Assembly (NCBI GenBank): GCA_030704615.1
Contig: CM060732.1
Location: 75,454,001-75,518,000 of the forward strand
Direction: 5' to 3'
Length of the DNA: 64,000 nucleotides
Source of the DNA: Takakia lepidozioides
Taxonomy: Eukaryota; Plantae; Bryophyta
Every line of letters begins with the position of its first letter. Position 1 is the first letter of the stretch. A program made the position numbers and the translations under genes. The notes under the pieces are model-generated. The model was not told the origin of the DNA. It searched no databases and saw only the letters and a program-made list of their open reading frames with translations. Positions 53,414 through 64,000 of the stretch are shown here, in pieces.

Positions 53414-56400
53414 ATGGCTACATGTTCCTTGTTTCCTGGAGAGGCTACAGTTCCATTTGATCATGTGAAGAAGGATGGCGGACGAGTTCAATACTGGTAC
53501 ACTAAGGATGAGCATGCTACTATGATTGCCTACTGCCACTCCAGGTGTAGAGAGGCCAAGGGGAAAGGAAAGGCTCGGCCTAAATTTCGATGTCCTTACT
53601 GTGGAGACACAAAGACCGACAAAAGTAGATTAAATAGGCATATCGTGGATGGTTTGGTTGCCTGCCAATCTCGGCCAAGGGGAACAAAACCCTTTCCTGA
53701 TGCGGAGGGCAAGCATGCCCATGCGGTTGAAGTTATTGTACAGTCTGTTCCGAAAGCGTCAGTTGATGCATATCATGCATGGGTTTTGCAAAATAGAGGT
53801 GCTTTGAGTGAGGTTGCACCTCGTGCTGTTGTATGTCCTCCCCTTGTCACTCCTCCTGTTGTCTCTTCTTGTGTTCCTAGTCCTTCGGTTCAACAGGCTC
53901 CAAATGCTAAAGACAAGCGACGCATCAGCCCACCTTTAACCGGCCCTATTGCGAAGAAAATCAAAGTCCTTGCACGGAAGTCCCATCTGCTGAAGAAAGG
54001 GAAAACTCCAGGGTCAATCCTTCTACTACCGCATGGCCTTGTTCCTGAGTTTGATTTTCCGAGGCTGAATGATGAGGGATTCTGGCCGGCTTTTCAAGAT
54101 TTTGTTTTGGAAGGCAGTGCCATGAGCAGGTCGGCAAAGGCCAAGAGCCAATGGGTTCTATCGAATGACAATACTGTAATTTCACTTTCCCTACCAATTG
54201 GCTGTTGTTGTTCTCCGCTCTGTTGTGTCACTCTTTATTGTGTCACCCCTTTCATGTCACTCTTAGCATCGTGTATGTTGTGTAATCCCTGACCGCGTCA
54301 CCCTTCTTGGTGTCGCCCATGTCAAACCTCTTTGCCACCTCTGTTGGTGCACCCCCTCTTTTGTTATGTCACCCCTTATTGTGTCACCCACTGCATCATG
54401 TCACCCAGCCCTTTGCGTGAGTGTCGCCCCTCGCTATGTCACCCCAGGCCCCATAATACTTGGCATCATTTACCTCTCTTGGTGTCACCCTCCTTTGTTG
54501 TGTCCCCTAAAAGTCAATTCTCTCAGTGTCACCCCTCCGTATCCCCTCTGTTGTTGCACCTCTGTTATGTCACCCCCTACATTATGTCATCCCAGACAGT
54601 GTATCCCTCCGCATCATGTCACCTCTCTTGGTGTCACCCTTCTTTGTTGTGACACCCCTACCACTTAATTGTCTCGGTGTCATCCCTCTGTGTCAAATCT
54701 GTTGTGTCCACCTTGCATCATGTCACCCTCTTCAGTGCATCCCTTCACATCATGTCACCTCTTTTGGTGTCACCTCCGTTGTCGTGTCACCCTTCTGCAC
54801 CTCTCTTGTGTCACCCCTTGCATCATGTCACCCCTTTGTGTGTCACCCCAGATTCCATAACCCTTGGCATCATGTCACCCTCCTTTATTGTGTCCTCCAT
54901 CTTGTGATTCCCGACTGTGTCACCCCTTGCTGTGTTACTGTTTTCTCGGTCATATGTTTGTCCGTGTATACTTATTCTGAGATGATTTTGTGCAGGGCAC
55001 CAGGCACCATATTAGAAGCGGCGACTTGGATAGTGTCGTCCTAGCCCATAATGCCTTCACTAGTCGGCGGTTAGATGATCCAAGGCTGGTGGATGAGTTG
55101 AATCGAGTGGAGGTGTATTTGAAGTGCATTGGGCATCCTGACATGGCACAGAAGAAACAAAGCAAAAGAACAGAAGAAATTACACCACCAACTAAGAACA
55201 TCCAAGACACGCAGGCTGACACGGTAATGGTAGAGGGTGCGATCTCAGAACAAGGTGGTCCTTCCAACAACATGTGTTTGGCTGCTATTGCCCCTGCTGT
55301 TGAGGGTGTTGACAGTCCCAACCCTCTTGTCATCACAGTTTCAACAGATGGAATACCAGGTGTGTTGTTGCCACAGCCGTTGCAATTCACCCGTGAATTT
55401 GCAGAACAGTTAATTCACAAAATTGAGAAGGCCACCATACCCGTAGCTGCAGAGGCACCACTGCTTTTGAGAGTTTTAGCCAACAGTGATTTAAAAAAGC
55501 ATGGACGATCTGTATCCCATTGTCATCCCACATTGGGATTGACTTACGACTTTCTGGATACCTCTCTTACAGCCCAAAAAATCAAGGACTTGAATGACGA
55601 GTATTATGGTGTTGGTATGGTGTACTTCGCACAGAGTGGTGACGGGATCGAGAGCCTTCACGCTGACCTCAGTCAGCTAGCAAATTGTATAGGTGCAGTG
55701 GATATGTTAGATAGGTCAGTTAAGATCCAGGATGTTGTTCAGTTTTGCAAGACAAGCCGCCGTCGCGCTGTCCATCACTACGCTCGGGAATACAAAGAGG
55801 AATTTGTCAACCTTTGGTGTTTTGGCATGTTTGGTACTGATTCATCAACTTACATGGACTTCAATGATATCTTGGGCGTTCAGTTAATGAGAGACCTTGG
55901 CTGTATACTCCCGTATTTGTGTAAGTGTATTTCTTTCTACATATGTTTTATGTTGTTGTCTTGCTTGTCTTGCTTGTTTACTCTTATGTCACTTCTTGTT
56001 GTTTTGCATGCATATGTCATACATGTCACCCCCATGTCAGTCAGATGTTCCTTTGTATGTTAGTGTCACCACTATTAATCCTATTATAACTCCTGATGTC
56101 TCATCCCTGACTACGTCACCCCCGGTCGTGTCACGTCAGGCAGTGTCACCATCCTCTTTGAACATTGTAGATGATCACCTAATGAACCTATTTTGATGTC
56201 ACCCCTGCCAGTGCACTACGACCCCGGGATGTCCCTGACTATGTCACCCCTGGCCGTGTCACTCAATGATGTGTCACCCCTGTTAGGCATCCTTATCTTT
56301 CTATTTATTTGTGTCACCCCTCTTCTATGTATCCCCTTCATCACCCACCCTTTTCATGTCTCCCCTTTGTATGGCTCTTATATGTAACCCCTTACTTTGT

Positions 56401-57209
56401 CACCTTCTGATCTTCTTATGTCACTCCTGTCTATGTCACCCTGTTCCAATTCTAAATATTTTGTGTGAGCAGATGAATCCGAGCTTATGACCGCCGAAGT
56501 GCACTCTGCATATCAAAACCTCTTTTCTGCTCAGCGTGAGGTACTTGAAGCAGTCCAGGGGTCTGTTCCACCTAGCCGGTGCACAGAGGAGGTGGTGTCA
56601 AGTCAGCGTGCTATTGTTTCCTTGTCTCATGTTGGCGAATTGCATTCCACCCTGCTAGGCTTGCATCACGACGAGCTGCCGCAAGATTTGCCCAAAAACT
56701 CTCATAACAATGATGATGACACAATGCAGTTTCACACGCAGATCCAACCCTCTAGTGTTTTTACTCCTAGCCTTTCTGATAGAGACGGTGACTTCAGAAC
56801 TCCGCACGGGCATATCAGTGACAGGGATGTAGTAAACCTTTCTGGGGATGACAACATCAAGAAAACTGGAGTTTCTGTGGAGGGTGACACGGCTAAGGAT
56901 GACACTGATGTGCAGTTCAGAACTCCTCGCGGGCAAGTCAGTAGTGACAAGGAAATTGTCAACCTCTCTCGGGATGACAACATGGGGGAGGTTCCATTTC
57001 GATTGGAGGGTTACACTCATGAGCGGGACATTCGTTCGGAGTTCAGAATTCCGCATGGAGGGGTGATACCAGCAGCTCCTTCTAACGGCGACACACCTGG
57101 TCACGAACCGGGTGACAAATCTAAGGGTGACATGCTGCATGAGGCAGGTGACATCCTGCAGGAGGGTGACATGGTCCAGCAGGGTGACATTCCTAAGGGC
57201 GACATTTGA
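53414..57209 (+). CDS. Unknown C2HC-type zinc-finger protein, about 807 aa, probably transposon-derived and 3'-truncated; exons 53414-54175, 54996-55920, 56473-57209
   Basis: A CT-rich leader precedes the ATG, and the protein contains CPYC-x12-H-x7-C. Donor GTAATT / acceptor GTGCAG (phase 0) and donor GTAAGT / acceptor GAGCAG (phase 1) join three ORFs into one open frame. The stop falls at the PPR junction. Confidence 0.6.
54176..56472 (+). repeat. TGTCACC(C)-motif arrays filling both predicted introns (54176-54995 and 55921-56472)
   Basis: Manual count gives over 20 GTCAC(C/T) copies in intron 1 and about 14 GTCAC in intron 2, nearly all on one strand, with variable spacers. Confidence 0.9.
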
Positions 57210-57899
57210 AACAGACATCAGTCTGGAGAATACCCTGGTCAACATGTGTGCCAATTGGGAAAGCACAAAAGGATGCAAATAGAGTGTTCAATTATCTGGC
57301 TCATCAAAGTTATAACTTCTAACACAATGGGTGATTGCGGCAGGCCATGCCCAGCATGGTGGTAGGGAGGCTCTCAATGTGTTTTTAGTCTTCTGGCTTC
57401 TGTCTAATTTAATCACCATTGGAGACCAAAAGGGGGGCAGGCCTGCCCGCTCCAAAACCCAACCTTGATCCCCCTCTTTCACAATCAAGAAACCTTGTTG
57501 GGTTGCTGTTCGTGTTCCTCTTCCATTTTGGATCCTTGATACAAGTAGAGCATGTTGTCTGTTCATCATAGCACTTGAATCCTTACATGTAAGATGTTGG
57601 AGCACAAATCTCTTCTCCAGAACTTAGAGGCAAATTGAAAATTCAGATATTGCAACATTTGTCAAATCAACATCATCCTGGATCCAACCGAATTATTGAC
57701 CTGATCTCCGAGGCTCGTAGCTATGGATAATATCCAATCTCTTCTTTGTGACTGCTTTTTGGGTCCTGGTTTGGCATCAATTCCCCCAAAGACTCAGAAA
57801 GCTCCTACCCTCCCAGGTGCAGGTGCCACAATAATGCCCAACCTGTAGCTTTGGCCTTCCCAAGGTTCTGCCCTGCAGCTCATATCACGCAGGTCCCGC

Positions 57900-58800
57900 G
57901 ATCTTCCTCATCTCTTAACTTTCCTGCGCCTTTGCTGAATAATATTGTGACACTCTCGAGGAAGCCTGGTTAATTGTCACAGATCCTGGGGTACACAAGC
58001 AATGAACCATATAGAAGTAGATACCACCTGCTTGGCCACCAGTGCCCTGCCCACCAAAAGAAAGGCGGGAAGATTAGATAGGGGTGAGAGATCCCGTGGC
58101 CAAGTTGATGGCCGATTTGGCACATAATAGTGCCATTCTTCACCACTGGGTGTGCAGAGATGAGATATACTTCTTATTCAACTCCTTGATTTGACCACAT
58201 ATTCTGCACCCTTAGATCACTCTATTGCAGATTGCAGCTCCAGACTCAACTCCTGATTCTTTGCACTCTTTACCAAAAGTAGACCAAAAATGGCATGTTC
58301 TAAAATGCGTTGCATAGAAAATCCCATTGACCACGAAACTCTTGGGCTCAATATTCTAGTGTCCCCCCCCCCTCCCCCGTGTCCCATCAGATCTAGGCAA
58401 GATTTAATGAAAGCATGGCCTAGCCAACCTCTTGAAAGTGTCAAGAGCCAAAAAGGGATATAATAGGACGTGTATAGCCAACCATGGGCTTCCTATATAT
58501 GGCACATGATAAGAGAAACCACTACAGAAGGTGCAAAACATACATCCATCATTCATCTTCTGTATAGCACGGGGCCTGATCAACCCCAGATACAACTCCA
58601 CTCGATAGTAAAACCTACTCTACAGAACATGCACAGGTATCATTCTTTGGCTTCTTTCTTTTGCCAATGAGAGTAAGGAGAAAAAATTTAGGAGAGATGA
58701 AGCAGGGGGCAGCTTGCAGAAGGCAGCAGTATTGTATTTGTTGAGAATAAACATACATATAAAGACTGGGAAAGAAATCGGGGAATAAGAAACTATCCAT
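57900..58800 (-). mobile_element. Possible degenerate LINE ORF1 (DUF4283-like) relic
   Basis: DGCMFCTFCS...IGSPW loosely fits the G.FlF.F.S...GPW pattern. No long ORF. Confidence 0.2.
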
Positions 58801-59264
58801 CCGTACCTGTCTTTCCCAGGTAGTAGAACATGCGAAGATCATCCGTGCTCACAGGACACTTGACCCCCACCCTGTCAGTGCAGGAGAAGTGACAGCTCTC
58901 CTTCGTTCTCTCTTTCTTTGCAACTGTGTGACGCCACATCTGTGGCCAATTTAGGAGCTAGATCAGCAGTGAGGAAATCCTAAATTTGTCTCCTAGCATG
59001 ATCTATACCACTCTGTCCACCAACAGATAATGCCTGTAATCAGATTGAAGTTGGTTATGCAGGAGCATAGAACAATTTTGCCTTAGTTTCCACCTCCAGG
59101 TGGGCAGACTGAATAAGTGGCTCTTGGAAGATTGATATGCTATGGAGGAAATGTCCTCAACAGTACGTCATATCCACCATTACCTAGGATGGTGAATGAA
59201 CCAAGCAGCTACTTAGCTTGATGAATGAAGCGTGAAACTCATACCTTTCAAGTCAGGCATCGTT

Positions 59265-62189
59265 TCACCAGTAGTCCCCACAAGAACAAACCCCATCTTT
59301 GAAGTGGTGAAAACGGTTGCAATCCCGTACAACAATGTCTCGCCCAACGATCCTTGAAATCAGCTTGGTGGCCTTGTGGCAGTCAGTACACACTCGAAGG
59401 TTCTTGATGAAACGAAGAGGCGTCCCTGGGGCTGTGCTGATCAGTCCAAAAGCCATTGCCAACCTCTCACTGTGGTGGCAAAGAGAAAATTCCTTTTGCT
59501 CCTCCTCCAAATCATGCAATACAAAGCGCGTGTCAGGCACGTACCCTGCTTCCTTCATCTGCCCCAACAATCTTCCCAGCTCAGCATGGATTTCCTCAAT
59601 TTGTGGATGCAATTTATCATCTGCAACAAATGTGTGCACTCCGTTGCCGACCTCAATGTAGCAGCCACCTGGCTGCTTCATGACACCTCTGATTTTCATC
59701 ATTTCTCTGACCTTCCAAGCATCGCCCCACCTGCCAGCTGTGGCATAGATATTTGATAGCAACACATACGTTGTAGCATCCTGTCTATCCAACTTGAAAA
59801 TAGATTTAGCCGCACGTTCTGCCAACTCCACATTCCCATGAATTCTGCATGCACCAAGCAAGGCCTTCCACACAACAGCATCTGGTTGCACTGGCAAATT
59901 GTTAATGAAGTCCTCAGCCTCAAGCAATCGCCCTGCACGGCCAAGAAGGTCCACCATGCAGCCAAAGTGCTCCACTGTGAGAGTGAGGTCATGATCTCGA
60001 ATCAGGGAATCAAAGTAGTGCTTGCCTTCATCCACTAGGCCCCCATGGCTACATGCTTGGAGGACACATATAAAGGTGATATTGTTTGGCTTCAAGCCAC
60101 CCCTTTTCATTCTTTCAAATAGTTGCAAGGCCTCCCCACGACAACCATGCTGGGCATATCCTGCAATCATCACACTCCATGACACCACATTTCGTTCAGC
60201 CATGTTGTCAAAAACTCCCTTTGCATCCTCGATGCTCCCGCATTTGGCATACATGTCCACGAGGGTATTGTTCAAAATTATATTTGGTACAATTCCAGCT
60301 GTCATGATGTCAGCGTGGACCTCCTTCCCTTTCTCTAGGGCTGCCAGGCTTGCACACACATTGCAAACGCAAACAAACGTGACCTCATTGGGCCTCACCC
60401 CCACCAACATCATTTGCTCATAGGTTGCCAAAGCCTCCAATGCACAACTCTTCTGGGCATATCCTGCGATCATTGCATTCCAGGACACCACATTTCTTTC
60501 AGCCATGTTGTCAAACACTTCCTTTGCATCCTTGATGCTCCCACATTTGGCATACATGTCCACGAGTGTATTGTTCAGAATGATATCTGGTACAAATCCA
60601 GCTTTCATGATCTCGGCATGTACCTCTTTGCCCTTTTTAAGGGATGCAAAACTCGCACAGGCATTGCAAATGCAAACAAATGTGACCTGGTCCGGCTTAA
60701 CACCTTCCTGCATCATTTGCTCATAAGTCTCCAAAGCCTCCAATGCACACTTCTTGTGGGCATATCCTGCGATCATGGCATTCCAGGACACCGCATCGCG
60801 TATAGGCATATTGTCAAACACTACCTTTGCATCCTCGATGCTACCACATTTAGCATACATGTCCACAAGTGTAGTATTAAGAATCATATTTGGTACAATT
60901 CCAGCTTTCATGATGTCATCATGGACCTCTTTTCCTTTTTCCAGGGCTGCGATTCTTGCGCATGCATTGCATACGCAAACAAAGGTGACCTGGTCCGGCT
61001 TCACCCCTTCCTGCATCATTTGCTCATATGTCTCCAAAGCCTCCATCCCGAACCCATGCTGGGCATATCCTGCGATCATTGCACTCCATGAGACCACATT
61101 TCGCTCAGCCATATTGTTGAACACAACCCTTGCATCCTCAATGCTCCCGTGTTTAACATACATGTCCACGAGGGTTGTATTCAGAATGACATCAGGTACA
61201 ATTCCAGCTTTCACGATGTCAGCATGGACCTCCTTGCCCTTTTCCAGGGCTGCCAGTTTTGCACACGCCTTAAGAACAGATACAAATGTGACCTGGTTGG
61301 GTGTCACTCCTTCCTGCATCATTTGCTCATAGGTCTCCAAAGCCCCCATCCCACACCCATGTTGGGTGTATCCTGCAATCATCGCACTCCATGACACTAC
61401 ATCTCGTTCAGCCATATTCTCAAACACTACCTGTGCATCCTTGAGGCTCCCACATTTGGCATACATGTCCACGAGGGTATTGTTTAGGATCATATTTGGT
61501 ACAATTCCAGCTTTCACAATGTCAGCATGGACCTCTTTACCCTTTTCCAGAGCTGCAAGGCTGGCACAGGCCTTCAGAACACAAACAAAGGTGACCTGAT
61601 TCGGGGTCACCCCTTCCCCTATCATCTGCTCATAGGTCTCCAAGGTATCCCTACCACACCCGTGCTTGGTGTATCCTGCCATCATTATATTCCACGTTAT
61701 CACACCTCGTTCTGGCATGTTATCGAACGATCTGCGTGCATCCATGATGCTCCCGCATTTGACATACATGTTAACAAGGGTGTTGTGTAGAAACATGTTG
61801 GGCTTGAATGCACTTTGGATAATGTGGGCATGCACCTGTTTTCCCGCCGCCAGGCCTTTCATCTTGATGCATTTATGCAAGAGACAGATGTAAGTATCAG
61901 AATCTGCTGAAATACCTCTTTTGTTCAAAATGTGCAGAGCATCTTTCAGTCGTCCTGCCTCACATAGTGTCCTCACATATCCACAAGTGCCAGAGGAGAT
62001 CTTGTCTCTTTGTCCTTGTTTGGACGCAGTTGTCATGGTGGAGGTGCCTGAGTTTATTGCTTCTGCTGCTGCTGCTTCCAGTTGACCATCTATGAATGCA
62101 GCTCTCTTGTAGTTATCAATCCCTAATGGCTCATTGGTACTCTCATGCTTCAAATCCAACCCTCTGCGATAGATCTGAACCCACACCAT
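59265..62189 (-). CDS. PLS-DYW pentatricopeptide repeat protein (organellar C-to-U editing factor), 974 aa
   Basis: About 20 P/L/S motifs, E1/E2, a PG box (KQPGGCYIEV), HSERLA, CTDCH, and a terminal CSCGDYW*. The ORF is uninterrupted. Confidence 0.96.
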   Translation of the reverse strand: MVWVQIYRRGLDLKHESTNEPLGIDNYKRAAFIDGQLEAAAAEAINSGTSTMTTASKQGQRDKISSGTCGYVRTLCEAGRLKDALHILNKRGISADSDTYICLLHKCIKMKGLAAGKQVHAHIIQSAFKPNMFLHNTLVNMYVKCGSIMDARRSFDNMPERGVITWNIMMAGYTKHGCGRDTLETYEQMIGEGVTPNQVTFVCVLKACASLAALEKGKEVHADIVKAGIVPNMILNNTLVDMYAKCGSLKDAQVVFENMAERDVVSWSAMIAGYTQHGCGMGALETYEQMMQEGVTPNQVTFVSVLKACAKLAALEKGKEVHADIVKAGIVPDVILNTTLVDMYVKHGSIEDARVVFNNMAERNVVSWSAMIAGYAQHGFGMEALETYEQMMQEGVKPDQVTFVCVCNACARIAALEKGKEVHDDIMKAGIVPNMILNTTLVDMYAKCGSIEDAKVVFDNMPIRDAVSWNAMIAGYAHKKCALEALETYEQMMQEGVKPDQVTFVCICNACASFASLKKGKEVHAEIMKAGFVPDIILNNTLVDMYAKCGSIKDAKEVFDNMAERNVVSWNAMIAGYAQKSCALEALATYEQMMLVGVRPNEVTFVCVCNVCASLAALEKGKEVHADIMTAGIVPNIILNNTLVDMYAKCGSIEDAKGVFDNMAERNVVSWSVMIAGYAQHGCRGEALQLFERMKRGGLKPNNITFICVLQACSHGGLVDEGKHYFDSLIRDHDLTLTVEHFGCMVDLLGRAGRLLEAEDFINNLPVQPDAVVWKALLGACRIHGNVELAERAAKSIFKLDRQDATTYVLLSNIYATAGRWGDAWKVREMMKIRGVMKQPGGCYIEVGNGVHTFVADDKLHPQIEEIHAELGRLLGQMKEAGYVPDTRFVLHDLEEEQKEFSLCHHSERLAMAFGLISTAPGTPLRFIKNLRVCTDCHKATKLISRIVGRDIVVRDCNRFHHFKDGVCSCGDYW

Positions 62190-63254
62190 ACCTGCCTCCT
62201 TCAGCTATCCCTGCCTCCACAACAACAAAGCATAGATCCTACCCCTTGCTGCTAGTACCTGACAATGACAACCTTTATCTAGCAAACACTCCAACTCTAC
62301 TGACCACACACTAGTCCCTATGCTGAAATGCTGGCGAGTTGAAAATTGAGTTCGGAGAAAGATTCGCAATGCATCTTGTTGTCTGCATCTGCTCTAACAT
62401 AACAGCTTTTCACCTTTCTGCCTCCAGTGTCCCACCATTGACTGGAGTTTGAAATATATTCTTTCCAAAAGTTTTCCTCGTCTCTGTTTTCGATTTTCGG
62501 ATATTTACCTGCAACCCATCCGTATCACATGTGAAAAATAGTCGTGACCACCAGAGATCCACCTGCTGAGCCAAATTACAAAACTCATTATGAACAAGTA
62601 GGGCCACATCTGAAGGAAGTACAAAACTAGCCTAGATGTACTGAAAAAGAAGGTGCCCTCACCACATTGTGCTTGACCTCGTGTCATGGAAGCAGCTGGC
62701 TTTTCTTTCACCCAAGGAGGCTTCGACCAATCCTCAATCCAAAAAACCTCTTGTGCACTCTGCTTATGTCTGTAGTCGGGTGATCTCGGATTGGTCTGTG
62801 AAAACGTGCAGCTGAGCGGCCATAGTTTCCAACACAGCCTTCTAAGACCAAGCCAACCCTCCCAAGTACCTGGTAAACACCAGGAGAAACCCTTGGGCAA
62901 TGCATCTTCACCGCGTGCTTAGCAACAACACCTATGATACTGACAGGAAGAGCCACTTTTGCAGAACACACAAACTCCTTCACATCATACATGAAGAAAG
63001 AGGCACCTTGCCAACTCAGTTGTCCCGGCATTGTATGAACTATTGGCAGTGCTGTTCCATGCTCCATGATTGACCTTCGTGCCAGAAACTCAACCAGCAT
63101 CAAAACTTTGACAGGTTCTGAAAAGGATTGCTAGTGGAGCTTTAGACAACATTCATGCAAGTCACTGTGGGCTGAGGAACACAAGAACATGTCCAGATGT
63201 GGAACAAGCCAGGGCATGACAAGCCACTACTAGCTGTGGCTAGTAGGCTAGTTA

Positions 63255-63553
63255 GGGCCACTTTACACTAAGGACCAAGACCAAGACCAAGCGGAAATGG
63301 AGCATTCTTATTGGTCGAGGGCCGAAAATTGGTCCCAAGGGCTTTACACTAGGGACCAAGCCCAAAAGACCAAAGCGGGCCAATATGCTTACATGGCACC
63401 TACTTTTGGCGCGAACTTCTTGGTCCAGACCATGGAAAAGGAACCCTCCTGATAGCTGGGCCCAACTCTTCGGCTCCGGACCAAGACGAGCCCAAGAGTG
63501 GCACTTCTTCGTCCCACAATTTCTTGGTTTCAGTCCGTAGTGTAAAGTGGCCC
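63255..63553. mobile_element. PIF/Harbinger (Tourist-like) MITE, 299 bp
   Basis: 16-bp TIRs GGGCCACTTTACACTA / TAGTGTAAAGTGGCCC, with TTA duplicated on both sides (63252-63254 and 63554-63556) and internal GACCAA repeats. Confidence 0.9.
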
Positions 63554-64000
63554 TTAGCCACCACTGCGGCCGGGGCCATTAGCATATCAATACAAAGCCC
63601 TTCAAATAGGTAAAATTTGTCTTGTTGGCTGTAGCATCCAATTCTCAATTTCTCTGACCCTAAAATGGAGGTGTAGCAAGGGTTGATACTTGATACTTGC
63701 ATGTTGCCCATCTAGTTATAAAACCACATTGTGAATTGTACTAGGTTTGCATCTCTTGTAACCGTTTTAGAAGGCAAAATATAGGATTGAATAGCTCATT
63801 GTGTGCCCACAGTTGGAACAAGTTTCAATGGCGTTCATCTTCCAAGAGTAATTTGAGTATAAAATAAGTGCACATCATGGTGCGCCACCAGCGATATTGC
63901 TCTTTTAGAATCTAGATTGTTCTTTTGGTACTTTGATTGTAACCATTATAGAATGTTTAGATACCATTGGAAAGTTATTTATGTGTCCCATAATTTTGTA

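Larger units (their letters stand above)
52300..57390 (+). pseudogene. PLS PPR pseudogene (parts ~52300-53310 and ~57205-57390), split by an insertion
   Basis: Its DNA aligns by eye with the 59265-62189 gene (leader VWGQ...STMT, SGT..VRTLCE, GKQVH, PNQVTF...HAD). It resumes after the insert as ETDISLENTLVNMCA...GHAQHG.GREAL. Many frameshifts. Confidence 0.85.

Noticed and set aside
54176-56472. Cys/His/Pro-rich ORFs (CHP, MSP, VTP repeats) as metal-binding proteins
   Set aside because: They are translations of the TGTCACCC motif in all three frames and lie within predicted introns.
59317-61893. Numerous plus-strand ORFs over the PPR gene
   Set aside because: They are antisense shadows of repetitive PPR coding sequence.

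Overview
This is nuclear DNA from an early-diverging land plant, most likely a moss or other bryophyte, judged from the style of the PLS-DYW PPR proteins and a Tcn1-like chromovirus. Four host genes look intact: an NFRKB/INO80G-like gene (5 exons, minus), a CYP703-like P450 (2 exons, minus), a SUB1-like/O-fucosyltransferase-fold gene (single exon, minus) and a PLS-DYW RNA-editing PPR gene (minus). Related PPR copies are in decay. One has small deletions that destroy its DYW domain, one is split by a 3.9-kb insert, and there is possibly a fourth, very old relic. The centre (15434-32000) is a 16.6-kb composite with Helitron-type ends (A|TC...CTAG|T). It is built from head-to-tail arrays of terminal modules and contains a decayed Helentron/Helitron2-like Rep-helicase. 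Nested in it is a Ty3/gypsy chromovirus with a 5-bp TSD and an 11-nt Tf1-type self-priming signature. MULE/SWIM relics, two MITEs and small duplications lie in 35.7-47.4 kb and near 63.3 kb. The least explained object is the insert at 53.3-57.2 kb: an apparently open 3-exon, ~807-codon zinc-finger gene whose introns are packed with TGTCACC motifs while its last exon carries the reverse complement. All calls come from manual reading; no database searches were run.
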